Positions 1 to 9,147 are shown, counted from the stretch's first letter. The stretch is 43,366 bases of DNA from Candidatus Micrarchaeota archaeon (GCA_027345565.1 DAHWIF010000009.1:1-43366); one strand, 5' to 3'. Notes: generated from the letters alone by a model not told the origin. Program-made: numbers and translations.

Positions 1-638
1 TCGTTGAGTGTGTGGTATGTGGTGGTGAAAGGCCTCGCGTTCGAACCCCCGTACACCTCCTGGAGCACGGGCGTCTCGACTTCAAGCGCCCCGCGATTGT
101 CGAGAGTTTCTCTGACATGGCGCAGCACGGTCGCTCTCGTCTGGAGATTTCTCAGAGCCTCAGGGTTCATTATGAGGTCGAGGTACCTTTTCCTGTATCT
201 CTTATCAGCATCGATAAGTCCTTCCCACTTATTAGGAAGCGAGACAAGCCCCTTTGCCAGCATGGTCACCTCTCTGGCTTCTACGCTTATCTCTCCGGTC
301 CGCGACCTAGTCACCGTTCCGTTTATCCCGATTATGTCTCCTACCGCTGTATTCGAAAGCACGATGCCTGGCTGCCCTGTAAGGTTGTCCTTCCTCATCA
401 GGATTTGAATCTTACCAGTCCAATCCTGGGCATCCATAAATGTTATCGCACCGAGATGCCTTTTCTGCATTACCCTACCAGCGACGCTTACTTCCTTGCC
501 ATCAAGCACAGGGAAGTTACCAGTTATTTCAGAGCTGTGATGCGTGATCCTGAAGCTATACGGATATGGCTCTATGCCGGCAGCTCTGAGAGCGTCTGCG
601 CTCCCCTGTCTATTCCTATCTACAGAGATGCTAGTCAC
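1..638 (-). CDS. lysS: Lysine--tRNA ligase, class II (N-terminal part; runs off window start)
   Basis: Not in the ORF track. Manual minus-strand translation from GTG at 638 gives AGIEPYPY..VSVAGRVM..GDIIGING..RYRKRYLDLIMN..LEVETPVLQEVYGGSNARPF, i.e. the class II LysRS OB-fold followed by motif 1. Confidence 0.93.
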   Translation of the reverse strand, partial: MTSISVDRNRQGSADALRAAGIEPYPYSFRITHHSSEITGNFPVLDGKEVSVAGRVMQKRHLGAITFMDAQDWTGKIQILMRKDNLTGQPGIVLSNTAVGDIIGINGTVTRSRTGEISVEAREVTMLAKGLVSLPNKWEGLIDADKRYRKRYLDLIMNPEALRNLQTRATVLRHVRETLDNRGALEVETPVLQEVYGGSNARPFTTTYHTLN

Positions 639-675
639 CCTATCTAATGTACATAAAACTCAACACACGTCCAGA

Positions 676-683
676 TATTTAAG
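676..683 (-). promoter_or_regulatory. Putative TATA box of lysS (CTTAAATA)
   Basis: Archaeal TATA-like octamer about 40 bp upstream of the GTG start; similar octamers recur before other genes in the window. Confidence 0.5.
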
Positions 684-697
684 CATTTTGTTAGGGA

Positions 698-1779
698 TGC
701 CCTGTCCAATAATTCCGCTAAAACCCAAGGGTTTTAACCCCTGGGTCCATACTAGTTTTTAGGCGACTAGTACGGGAACTAGAAGGAATTGGAAAATATA
801 TAATGAGATGTTAGAAAGGAGAGGGGACCTGACACTATTTGTGGACCCTGCAGTATTGAAACAGGATAGTGATTTGAAGGTGCAGAATAAAGGCAAGAGA
901 GGCAGACCATATCGATATAGTTCTGGACTTATTTTCGCGGCGTTTGCGATAAAACAGATAGTCAGGTTTCCATACAGACAGACCAGAAGACTACTCAAAT
1001 CACTGATGAGTAGAGTCACAAACCTTACTGCACCGGATTTCAGGACGATCTGATACAGAGTTTCGTGGATGAAGGAATCGGATATAAATTTTAACATACG
1101 GCCCTTGAACCTTGGAGAAAAGATAGAACTCATATTGGATTCTAGCGGCATAAAGAAGGTAAACGACGGCGAATACAGAACATTCAGGTATGGAAAAGAA
1201 AGGAGTGGTTGAAGCTCCACATCGGGGTAAACGGCACCACAATAGAAATCCTGACGGAAGGAATAACAAAAACCGATGTTGGCGATAATAGAATGTATAA
1301 TGAACTTGTTGAACCCGTAGAGGACAATATATCTATACTGAGGACTGATGATGCGTACGACTGTGGAAGAAATTTCGAACGTGCAAAGGAAAAATGATAC
1401 CAGTGCAGTATACCAGTTCACATAAATGCATCTACAAAATGTCATGGTAAGGCCAGAAGAGAGGCAATAAGAGAACAGTTAGGATTCAGAAAGGGGAGAG
1501 GCAATTATAAACTATTCAGGAATTCGAGAGAACGACGAATTCAAATGCAGAAAGAGTGGAGGACGAGAACACACCACGGCAAACGATGGATGGTGGAAAC
1601 TGCATTTTCAAGGTTCAAGGACATGTTCGGCGAATATGTACTCTCAAAAGGTCTAAGCATGATGAGAAAAGAATTACTGATGAGGACTTACATATATAAT
1701 CTGACTTTGCAAAAATGAGTAACAGTCGGAGAATGCAGACGTTAGTCTGCCTATTTTTCATTATTTATTGGACAGGGCA
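698..1779 (+). mobile_element. Decayed IS5-family (IS903-group) insertion sequence
   Basis: Perfect 15-bp terminal inverted repeats TGCCCTGTCCAATAA (698-712 / 1765-1779) resemble IS903 ends. The flanking 9-mers tgttaggga (689-697) and gtctaggga (1780-1788) share their last 6 bases, consistent with an eroded target duplication. The element is AT-richer than host genes. Confidence 0.88.
763..1718 (+). pseudogene. IS903-like DDE transposase pseudogene
   Basis: Motifs NWKIYNEMLERRG, RGRPYRYS, PDFRT, ILDSSG, WLKLHIGV, DDAYD and RWMVETAFSRFK. Broken by in-frame TGA at 1051 and 1395 and a frameshift near 1200. Confidence 0.88.
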
Positions 1780-2016
1780 GTCTAGGGAATTTCTACAAAA
1801 CCGTCTGGATTATAAAGAAAAAACTATCAACTTTGTAACTTTGGGCCTTTAAACGAACCAGAGAGGTGATACTGCTTATTTTTGATTATTTGTGGGACAC
1901 CACAGTGCACGCGCTTTAGGGTTGGATCCTGGGTGCAACGTTATAAACCAGTCCTGCAGGCAAGCTATTTATATTTATTGACATGATTAGTATACAGCTG
2001 AAAGAGAAGAGAGAAA

Positions 2017-2116
2017 CGGCGGATTTGATGATGCATTATACTTACTTCTACGACGGGAAATTACGCCAAGAAGATAGCATAGGCGCTGTATAGACAGTTT
2101 AGCCGCTGATCCTCCG
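2017..2116 (+). ncRNA. Candidate box C/D kink-turn RNA (dnaG leader element or C/D sRNA)
   Basis: Stem CGGCGGA (2017-2023) pairs with TCCTCCG (2110-2116), with a 3-nt bulge, box C TGATGA (2026-2031) and box D CTGA (2106-2109). A TATA-like TTTATATT lies at 1968-1975. Confidence 0.45.
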
Positions 2117-2140
2117 ACTTTCGGCGCAAAAGGTGCTGAA

Positions 2141-3559
2141 ATGGCAAAATCGTACATAGACATTGTAAAATACATGGTAGAGGCAAGGTTCGAGATATCC
2201 GGCAGCGTCGAGAAGCCCGACATAATAGGGGCGGTGTTCGGCCAGACAGAAGGGCTGCTTGGCGGCGATCTAGACCTTAGGGAATTGCAGAAGAACGGCA
2301 AGATAGGCAGGATAGAGATAGAGAGCTCCACGTCAGGCAACAGGACGTTCGGTAAGCTGTTTCTGCCGTCCTCGATGGGGAGGGTAGAGACGTGCATATT
2401 ATCCGCTGCGATAGAGTCGGTTGACAGGGTAGGCCCGTTCGAGACCAAGTTCCAGGTACTCAAGATAGAGGATACGAGAAACGAGAAGAGGAGAAGGATA
2501 ATCGCAAGAGCAAAGGACCTGGTCAAGAACCTCCTCATTACAGAGATACCTGACAGCAGGGAGATAAGCGACTTGGTGGAAGCAGACGTGAAAACGAGCA
2601 CCGTAGGCACATACGGATCTGAGAACCTGCCTGCAGGCCCGGAGGTAGGAAAGAGCGAAGATGTGGTGCTGGTCGAAGGCAGGGCGGATGTGATAAACCT
2701 GCTCAAGAACGACATAGCAAACTGCATAGCGGTAGGCGGCGCCGCGGGGACGATACCGAAGACGATAATCGACCTCTGCACCGCAAAGGAGACTACCCTC
2801 TTCGTGGACGGCGACCGCGGAGGTGAGATGATAGTCAGGAACATAACCAGCGTAGCTGATGTTGACTTCGTTGCAAGGGCGCCCGATGGCAAGGAGGTCG
2901 AGGAGCTCACAAGGAAGGAGATAATAAAGGCGCTCAGGTCCAGGGTGCCAATAGAGCAGGTGAATGCCGCTGCGAAGCAGAGGCAGCAGCAGCAGGCGAG
3001 ACGCGAGGATAGGTTCAGGGATAGGAGGGAGCACAGGCCGATGGCCCATGAAGCTCCAGCTAGGGAGGTGCTCAGCCCTACAGAGATAACCGCGAACCTG
3101 CAGAAGGCGCAGATGCAGCAGCATAGTGCTGTTGGTGCTGAAGATGAAGCAACCGGCGCCCCATCGTCGCTTGGCATAAAGGACATTACAGGGGAAGGCG
3201 AGCCGGAGGGAGTAGAAAGCATAGCACAGATAGAGGGCATGGAGGCGCAGCATGTCCAAGCGGGCGGGTCGAACCAGACGTTAGTGAAGGCGCTCAACGA
3301 GCTCAAGAACACGCTGCGAGGCAGGGTGTATTCGAACGAAGGCGTGGTCCTTAGCGAGGTGCCGATAAGGGAGCTCATCCAGTCGGTGCAGGACATGAAG
3401 AATATCGGAGCCGTAGTGTTCGATGGGATAATAACGCAGAGGCTGGTTGACCTGGCGCACGAGCGTGGCATAAAGGAGATTTACGGGTTGCGCGCCAGCC
3501 AGATAACCAGGAGGTATCCGGACCTTCTGCTCTACACCGCTGAGCACGGGGTATCCTGA
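2141..3559 (+). CDS. dnaG: Archaeal DnaG-like protein (exosome-associated TOPRIM protein)
   Basis: VEKPDIIGAVFGQTEGLLG, TOPRIM VEGRADV and DGDRGG, C-terminal DGIITQRLVD. Confidence 0.96.
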   Translation: MAKSYIDIVKYMVEARFEISGSVEKPDIIGAVFGQTEGLLGGDLDLRELQKNGKIGRIEIESSTSGNRTFGKLFLPSSMGRVETCILSAAIESVDRVGPFETKFQVLKIEDTRNEKRRRIIARAKDLVKNLLITEIPDSREISDLVEADVKTSTVGTYGSENLPAGPEVGKSEDVVLVEGRADVINLLKNDIANCIAVGGAAGTIPKTIIDLCTAKETTLFVDGDRGGEMIVRNITSVADVDFVARAPDGKEVEELTRKEIIKALRSRVPIEQVNAAAKQRQQQQARREDRFRDRREHRPMAHEAPAREVLSPTEITANLQKAQMQQHSAVGAEDEATGAPSSLGIKDITGEGEPEGVESIAQIEGMEAQHVQAGGSNQTLVKALNELKNTLRGRVYSNEGVVLSEVPIRELIQSVQDMKNIGAVVFDGIITQRLVDLAHERGIKEIYGLRASQITRRYPDLLLYTAEHGVS

Positions 3560-3560
3560 T

Positions 3561-4295
3561 TCATGCGTGCCTCTTGACATTTAGAATTAGCGGCCTAACT
3601 CCGAATTCGTTGAACTCATTAATCAGTGACGTGACGATCTTCTGATCCGTTTTTTCCGTTGCGATCAAGACTGGCAGCAACTCCAATGCATTGCTCATCG
3701 AAAATAGAGGGACGCCCAGCTCTATGAGTGCATCCTCAACTGACTTGCCATCCTTGGTTTTCTCGTTTCTGTTCGTCAGGCACACTGCTGCAACCACATT
3801 AACGCCTGCTTCCCTGAGCTTTCTTATTTCAGTAATTAACGACCCACCAGTAGTCGTGGTGTCCTCTACAACTATAGCTCCACCCCTTGGAATGCCAAGG
3901 AAGGATCTATCCTTGGGCATACCGTAATCCTTTTCCTTGCCTCTGCCCATGGACAGAGCGTGGCTGCCCTCTCCGTAGTCAGATTGCTGGCTGGCCCATA
4001 AGTATTGAGTTATTGTTGCCAGTTTCGTTGCCCCTTCAGGCACGCCATAGAAGGTATCGGGGTGCAGCCCCTTGCCAACAACATAATCAATCACTGTGCG
4101 CGCCAGTTGCTCCGTTAGAAATACGTCTTCCGCTGCCGTACGCCAGTTGACATAGAAAGAAGAGAGCCTCCCGGACTTCAGTCTCACAGGCTCAGCGAAG
4201 AGCCCAACGACCTTGTGGTCTTTTATGAATTGATTATATTTTTCTTGGTTGAACTCTCTTGGTGACATTGCGCCAGCGCTGGCGGTAGTGCCCAT
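3561..4295 (-). CDS. pyrE: Orotate phosphoribosyltransferase
   Basis: LKSGRLSSFYVN, KEKDYG flexible loop and PRPP-binding VVEDTTTTGGS. Start placed at ATG 4295 (uncertain). Confidence 0.85.
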   Translation of the reverse strand: MGTTASAGAMSPREFNQEKYNQFIKDHKVVGLFAEPVRLKSGRLSSFYVNWRTAAEDVFLTEQLARTVIDYVVGKGLHPDTFYGVPEGATKLATITQYLWASQQSDYGEGSHALSMGRGKEKDYGMPKDRSFLGIPRGGAIVVEDTTTTGGSLITEIRKLREAGVNVVAAVCLTNRNEKTKDGKSVEDALIELGVPLFSMSNALELLPVLIATEKTDQKIVTSLINEFNEFGVRPLILNVKRHA

Positions 4296-4388
4296 ATAAT
4301 ACACACCACGTTATCTCATCCCGGTATGATATTTATACCTTATTGCCCGCAGCTTTTGGGAACCTTTTTATATCTTGGTGTCTCTTAT

Positions 4389-4424
4389 TAGTTTAAATTT
4401 AAACTATATTAGGTTTAAACTATA
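4389..4424. promoter_or_regulatory. Putative PadR operator
   Basis: Perfect 18-bp palindrome TAGTTTAAATTTAAACTA (4389-4406) plus a repeat of the TTTAAACTATA half-site (4414-4424), just downstream of a TATA-like run at 4365-4373. Confidence 0.6.
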
Positions 4425-4436
4425 ACGCGTGATGGA

Positions 4437-4793
4437 GTGAAACAGACAACGCACTTCATGCCGGACTTCATGCCCATGGAGGCGAAGCGCATCATACTAA
4501 AGATACGCATACTCGGAAGGCTCAAGCTCAGCGGCCGCACCTATTCGTATGCGCTGATAAAGGAGTTTGGGAAGTCGGGCTTCTCAGAGTTCTACGGTCC
4601 GACGCTGAAGAACGACATGTACAACACGTTGAGGACGCTGGAGAAGGAGGGCTACATAAGGCTGAGCTTGAAGGTGGAGCACGGCAAGGTCAAGAACTAC
4701 TATGCAATAACGAGAAGGGGCGCGAGTGCGCTGAAGTCCGTCGGAAAGATGATGATGCAGACCGTGAAGCAGGCAGGCAAACTATTTGGGTGA
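4437..4793 (+). CDS. PadR-family transcriptional regulator
   Basis: YSYALIKE..MYNTLRTLEKEGYI..KNYYAITRRG winged-helix pattern; first gene of an exporter operon. Confidence 0.85.
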   Translation: MKQTTHFMPDFMPMEAKRIILKIRILGRLKLSGRTYSYALIKEFGKSGFSEFYGPTLKNDMYNTLRTLEKEGYIRLSLKVEHGKVKNYYAITRRGASALKSVGKMMMQTVKQAGKLFG

Positions 4794-5787
4794 TCCAATA
4801 CCAGACATAATAAGAATTGAGAATCTGACCAAGAGGTTCGGGAGCCTCGTAGCGGTCAACAACGTCAGCCTTGGCATAAAGGAGGGCGAGATATTCGGGC
4901 TGCTGGGCCCGAACGGCGCAGGGAAGACCACGATAATAAACATGCTCCTTACGCTGCTTACCCCCACATCGGGAAGGATAACAATCAACGGCATGGACCT
5001 CTCGAAGAATCACGAGAGGGCAAAGCAGCTCATGGGCCTGATGACGCAGGAGACCTTAGTCGAGGCGGACTTGACCGCGAGGCAGAACCTGAGCCTCTTC
5101 GCCCACCTGTACCACATACCAAGGAGCCAGGCCCGCAAGAGGATAGATGAGGCCTTGAGGGAGGCGGACCTCGTCAATTTCGCTGACGTCAAGGCTGGAA
5201 CCTTCTCCGGGGGAATGCAGCGGCGCTTGAGCCTGGTGCGCGCCATGCTGCAGGAGCCGAAGATACTACTCCTCGACGAGCCCACTACCGGACTCGACGT
5301 GCAGAACAGGAGCACCATGTGGGAGAGGATAAAGGAGCTCAACAGGAGCGGCACCACGATACTGCTCACCACGCAGTACCTAGAGGAAGCGGATGAACTC
5401 TGCAACCGCCTTGGCATAATAGACCACGGCAAGGTTATCGCTCTTGGTACTCCATCGGAGATAAAGAGGATAGCCGGCAGTGGGAGGGTACTCGAGATAA
5501 TCGTGAACCTGCAGGATGTCCAGAGGGTCGTATCCATGCTCAAGTCGAGGTTCAAGCTGGCTGCCGCAGCCAGCGGTGATAAGATAACCGCGCCGTTGGA
5601 CAGGGACGGCGAGGGCGAGTTCACAAGGATATCCTCAACGCTGGAAAGGCTGCGGATACCTGTCCTGTCGATAGGCGCACACCTGCCGACGCTCGATGAC
5701 GTCTTCATAAAGCTTACCGGCGCAGGAATGCGAGACGCTGCAGGGGAGATGCAGGGCGGCAGGGCCAACATGAGGTGGAGACGATGA
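4786..5787 (+). CDS. ABC-2 type (DrrA-like) exporter ATP-binding protein
   Basis: Walker A GPNGAGKT, signature FSGGM, Walker B LLLDEPT. True start may be ATA at 4798. Confidence 0.95.
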   Translation: MGDPIPDIIRIENLTKRFGSLVAVNNVSLGIKEGEIFGLLGPNGAGKTTIINMLLTLLTPTSGRITINGMDLSKNHERAKQLMGLMTQETLVEADLTARQNLSLFAHLYHIPRSQARKRIDEALREADLVNFADVKAGTFSGGMQRRLSLVRAMLQEPKILLLDEPTTGLDVQNRSTMWERIKELNRSGTTILLTTQYLEEADELCNRLGIIDHGKVIALGTPSEIKRIAGSGRVLEIIVNLQDVQRVVSMLKSRFKLAAAASGDKITAPLDRDGEGEFTRISSTLERLRIPVLSIGAHLPTLDDVFIKLTGAGMRDAAGEMQGGRANMRWRR

Positions 5788-6908
5788 GCCTGCTGGAGGA
5801 TTCGGTGACAATATTCACGCGAGAGTTCGCGATATTCAGGGCTAACCTGAGGTCGAACATAATCAGAACCGCGATATTCCCGCTTGTGATACTACTCTTT
5901 TTCGGTTTCCTCGGCTCTGCCATCACAAATGTCCCTGTAGTGGTGGTGAACTATGCAAACAACAACCAGGCAACGCAGTTCATAAGCACGCTGGGTTCGC
6001 AGAGCCTCATGGCGGTGCAGAGCGTCACCAACCAGAACGAAGCGCTGGCCATGCTTTCAGCCGGCCAGGTGAATTTCGTGATAGTCATACTGCCGGGGTT
6101 CCCATCGCAGAGCGGCAATCCGACCGTGCAGGTGTACTACAACAACCTTGAGTTCAGCACAACGCAGGAGATACTGCCTGCGATACAGAAGGATGCAGCC
6201 CTCTTCGGACCGGCCAATAATTTCCAGAGTCAGGAGTACCTGCCTGCATCGTCCGGCGACGCCGCTTCCGTGGTCACGCCCATCACTGGGGCGAGCGGCG
6301 GCTATGGGGACTTTCTCTTCTCCGGGGTGATAGGCATGATAATAGTGTTCAGCACCCTTTTCAGCGCAGGCATCGGCATACTTACGGACAAGCAGGGAGG
6401 GCAGATAAAGTCGTTCCTGATAACACCCATCAACAAATCCGCGATAGTGCTGGGCAAGGTGCTCTTCAGCGCCGTGCAGTCGGTCATTTCCGTATTCGTT
6501 GTCATAGTGATTGGCCTCCTGCTCGGGAACACGATCCTGATGGGCGTGACTGGCATAGTATGGATACTGATACTCGGCACGCTGCTTGGCATAACGATGA
6601 CTGGCATATCGATAAGCGTGGCGAGCAGGATGAAGAACATGACCGCATTCCAGATATTCGGCCAGACGCTCGGCCTACCGCTGTGGTTCATTGCAGGGGG
6701 CATAGTCCCGGTGTCGAGCTTCCCTCCCATACTCCAGGCGCTCAGCGTCGGCGATCCGATGACATACGCCATCAAGGGCTTCAGGTACGTGGTGCTCCAG
6801 GGATTCTATCCGTTTAGCAGCATGGTCGTTGATGTGGGCGTGCTAGCCGCACTCGGAATAATCACCACGATTATAAGTATATTGCTCTTCAAGAGCACGA
6901 TAGATTGA
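5784..6908 (+). CDS. ABC-2 type exporter permease
   Basis: About six hydrophobic segments with a large extracellular loop and a PMTYA motif; ATGA overlap with the ATPase stop codon. Confidence 0.92.
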   Translation: MSLLEDSVTIFTREFAIFRANLRSNIIRTAIFPLVILLFFGFLGSAITNVPVVVVNYANNNQATQFISTLGSQSLMAVQSVTNQNEALAMLSAGQVNFVIVILPGFPSQSGNPTVQVYYNNLEFSTTQEILPAIQKDAALFGPANNFQSQEYLPASSGDAASVVTPITGASGGYGDFLFSGVIGMIIVFSTLFSAGIGILTDKQGGQIKSFLITPINKSAIVLGKVLFSAVQSVISVFVVIVIGLLLGNTILMGVTGIVWILILGTLLGITMTGISISVASRMKNMTAFQIFGQTLGLPLWFIAGGIVPVSSFPPILQALSVGDPMTYAIKGFRYVVLQGFYPFSSMVVDVGVLAALGIITTIISILLFKSTID

Positions 6909-6926
6909 TGATAAAAAGGTGAAAAC

Positions 6927-8198
6927 ATGAACAAAAAGGCAATTTTCTGGGTGGCGTCGGCATTCGCTGTGATCTCAATGCTATTCGGGGTAGCTGCTGC
7001 GCAATCGACAAACGCGGCTACCGGCTCGTTGTCCATACAAGGCCTCACTGTGAGCCCGACACCGGTTGTCGCGGGCGACAACATAACAATATCATTCAAC
7101 CTCTTCAATTCATACAGCCAGCCGCTCTCTGACATCAGCCTGTGGGTCAGCGCGCAGAATCCGATAATAAACGTTTCGCCCGCATACAGCACTTACCTCA
7201 GCGGGATAGGCACGGGGCAGTATGGCGGTGTAGTGGCGAACAGGTTCACATATAAGCTGCACATTCCATCGACGCTGCCTGCCGGAGACTATGAGATAGA
7301 CGTGATTGCAAACTACCAGACAACAGAGGGGGTCAGTACCGGCATATCTGCTCAGTCGGTGATGCCGATCTACATATACGTATACGGGAAGCCGCAGGTG
7401 TCGTTGAACGTGTATCCGACAGGCAATATAGTCCCTGGAGAGGATTTCACGGCTATGCTCACTGTTGTCAATTCCGGCACAGACTTGGCAAGGAACGTGA
7501 CGGTCGAGCTGCTCAATTCCACTTACTTCAAGCCTGACGGCGCCGATACCTTCTCGTTCGGGATACTGGGCTCTGGGAGTTCCGCAAGCTCAACAGCCAC
7601 CATATTCACAGACCAGAACGTCACTGGCGGCCTGAACTACGTCAATGCGAGGGTCAGCTACACAACGAATGAGGGAGTGTACATGAGCAACGTGGTGCAG
7701 GTGCCTCTAGACGTGCTGCAGAACACCGCCAAGTTCATCGTGACAAACGTTACTGGAAAGGTTCAGGCCGGGGCTACATACGCGCCAGTCACCTTCACGG
7801 TCCAAAACACAGGAAATGAGGAGGCTACGGACGTTGAGTTCAGCCTCCAGACGGTCTACCCAATCACTCCTGTCAACCCTGACGTTTTCCTGGCGTCGAT
7901 AGGCCCAGGGCAGTCGGCTCACCTGACGTTCTACGTGCAGGGCAACTCGAACGGCGACACAGGGCAGTATCCAGTTACTCTCTACGCGCAGTGGAACCAG
8001 CCCAACGGGGCAGCCAACCAGCAGTTCTCTGGTTCGGCCAATTACTACGTTCCGGTAGAGGGCAAGGTCGGGCTCTTCACCGCAGCGAATGAGAACTACT
8101 TCATAGTAGCGGCCGTGGTGATAGTAGCGCTTGTCGCCATCAGGGTTGTGGTAGCGAGAGCGAGAAAGAAAGCTATAAATTCGAAGCCAAAGAAGTGA
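6927..8198 (+). CDS. Secreted, C-terminally anchored Ig-like / S-layer-domain (COG1361-like) protein
   Basis: Signal peptide, repeated beta-rich modules (V.N.G...A..V), many N-x-S/T sequons, C-terminal transmembrane helix and basic tail; GGTGA RBS. Confidence 0.78.
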   Translation: MNKKAIFWVASAFAVISMLFGVAAAQSTNAATGSLSIQGLTVSPTPVVAGDNITISFNLFNSYSQPLSDISLWVSAQNPIINVSPAYSTYLSGIGTGQYGGVVANRFTYKLHIPSTLPAGDYEIDVIANYQTTEGVSTGISAQSVMPIYIYVYGKPQVSLNVYPTGNIVPGEDFTAMLTVVNSGTDLARNVTVELLNSTYFKPDGADTFSFGILGSGSSASSTATIFTDQNVTGGLNYVNARVSYTTNEGVYMSNVVQVPLDVLQNTAKFIVTNVTGKVQAGATYAPVTFTVQNTGNEEATDVEFSLQTVYPITPVNPDVFLASIGPGQSAHLTFYVQGNSNGDTGQYPVTLYAQWNQPNGAANQQFSGSANYYVPVEGKVGLFTAANENYFIVAAVVIVALVAIRVVVARARKKAINSKPKK

Positions 8199-8208
8199 TG
8201 TTGGTGCA

Positions 8209-9147
8209 ATGAAGACTCTATACAACGGCCTTATCAGCGCGGCGATGAAGAGGTACAGGGTGCCAGATTGGATAGCCCCGTACATATACAGGTATGCAAA
8301 GCAGAGCGACCTTTTCACCATAAGGAGGGCGATCAATTTCATAAACGTGCGCAGGAAGAAGGGCGTCCTTACTGGCAGGCAGGTAAGGCTGCCAAACGGC
8401 GTTACATTCGACATAAAGACCGTATCGCACATACTCAACCAGTTCTATTACGGAGTAGATGCCGAAGCGAGGATATCGGAGGGGTGGTCTGCTGAATACA
8501 CTGACTACGATCACGCGAACTTCACGAAGCACTATAAGGAGCTTGCCGAGCTCAGGAGGAAGCATGCGAGGGCGCTTAAGAACATGATAGAGGGGCTGGG
8601 CCACAAGATAGACGGACCGAGCAAAGGGGTAGAGCGGGTGTTCAACACGATCGCGGAGCTCGATGAATGGCCTGACAGGCTGATAGCGACAGAGATAATA
8701 CTGAGGGATTCGTACGCCAGGCCATTCGGCTTCATCTTCTACAAGGTGTTTTACCCCGTTTCCCCAGAATTCATGAGATCGCTGGGCAAGCTCTTCGCTA
8801 AAAAAGATGACGGATACAGCTGGGCCGAATCTGAGATAAGGAGGGTCGTGGGGGAAGGGGCGCTGACCAGCGAGCACATTATAGGGCTAGCAGAAAGGAT
8901 ACTCGCTGAGATATACCGGTCGATAGAATCAGAGATGCCGCTGGCGAGAAGGTCGAAAGTGGAAGCCGAGACCATGCTGCTGCGCGACGTATCGGTCGCA
9001 TACCCGTTGCATACGCTGAAGGAGCTCGGGGTAGAGCTGGACATTGACGCGGAGATGAGGAAGATAGCCAGGATCGGGAAAAAGGGCGGTCGGAGAGGCG
9101 GCAGACCTGAACAGACGCGCAACAAAGCCCAGCGGAAAATGATTTAA
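8209..9147 (+). CDS. Hypothetical alpha-helical protein, possibly degenerate ferritin-like fold
   Basis: Long ORF with host-like codon usage, GGTG RBS and in-operon position. Fold is inferred only from the helical pattern (KHARALKNMIEGLG). Confidence 0.6.
   Translation: MKTLYNGLISAAMKRYRVPDWIAPYIYRYAKQSDLFTIRRAINFINVRRKKGVLTGRQVRLPNGVTFDIKTVSHILNQFYYGVDAEARISEGWSAEYTDYDHANFTKHYKELAELRRKHARALKNMIEGLGHKIDGPSKGVERVFNTIAELDEWPDRLIATEIILRDSYARPFGFIFYKVFYPVSPEFMRSLGKLFAKKDDGYSWAESEIRRVVGEGALTSEHIIGLAERILAEIYRSIESEMPLARRSKVEAETMLLRDVSVAYPLHTLKELGVELDIDAEMRKIARIGKKGGRRGGRPEQTRNKAQRKMI

Noticed and set aside
4-762. Plus-strand ORFs 4..408, 12..647 and 544..762
   Set aside because: Antisense shadows of lysS, which carries clear family motifs on the minus strand.
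1051-1397. In-frame TGA codons as evidence of stop-codon recoding
   Set aside because: They are confined to a transposase that also has a frameshift; TGA terminates many intact genes here (dnaG, ileS, gatD, tfb).
759-1445. 228-aa minus-strand ORF inside the IS
   Set aside because: Antisense to the transposase pseudogene, with no recognisable motifs.
2975-3125. CAG-rich, Gln-rich stretch in dnaG as a contingency repeat
   Set aside because: Short, in-frame and imperfect; archaeal DnaG commonly has a variable low-complexity linker here.
1987-3471. 494-aa minus-strand ORF and similar long antisense ORFs (e.g. 14329..15450, 34288..35574, 35678..36394)
   Set aside because: They mirror well-supported genes and have the Ser/Leu/Pro-rich composition typical of shadow frames.
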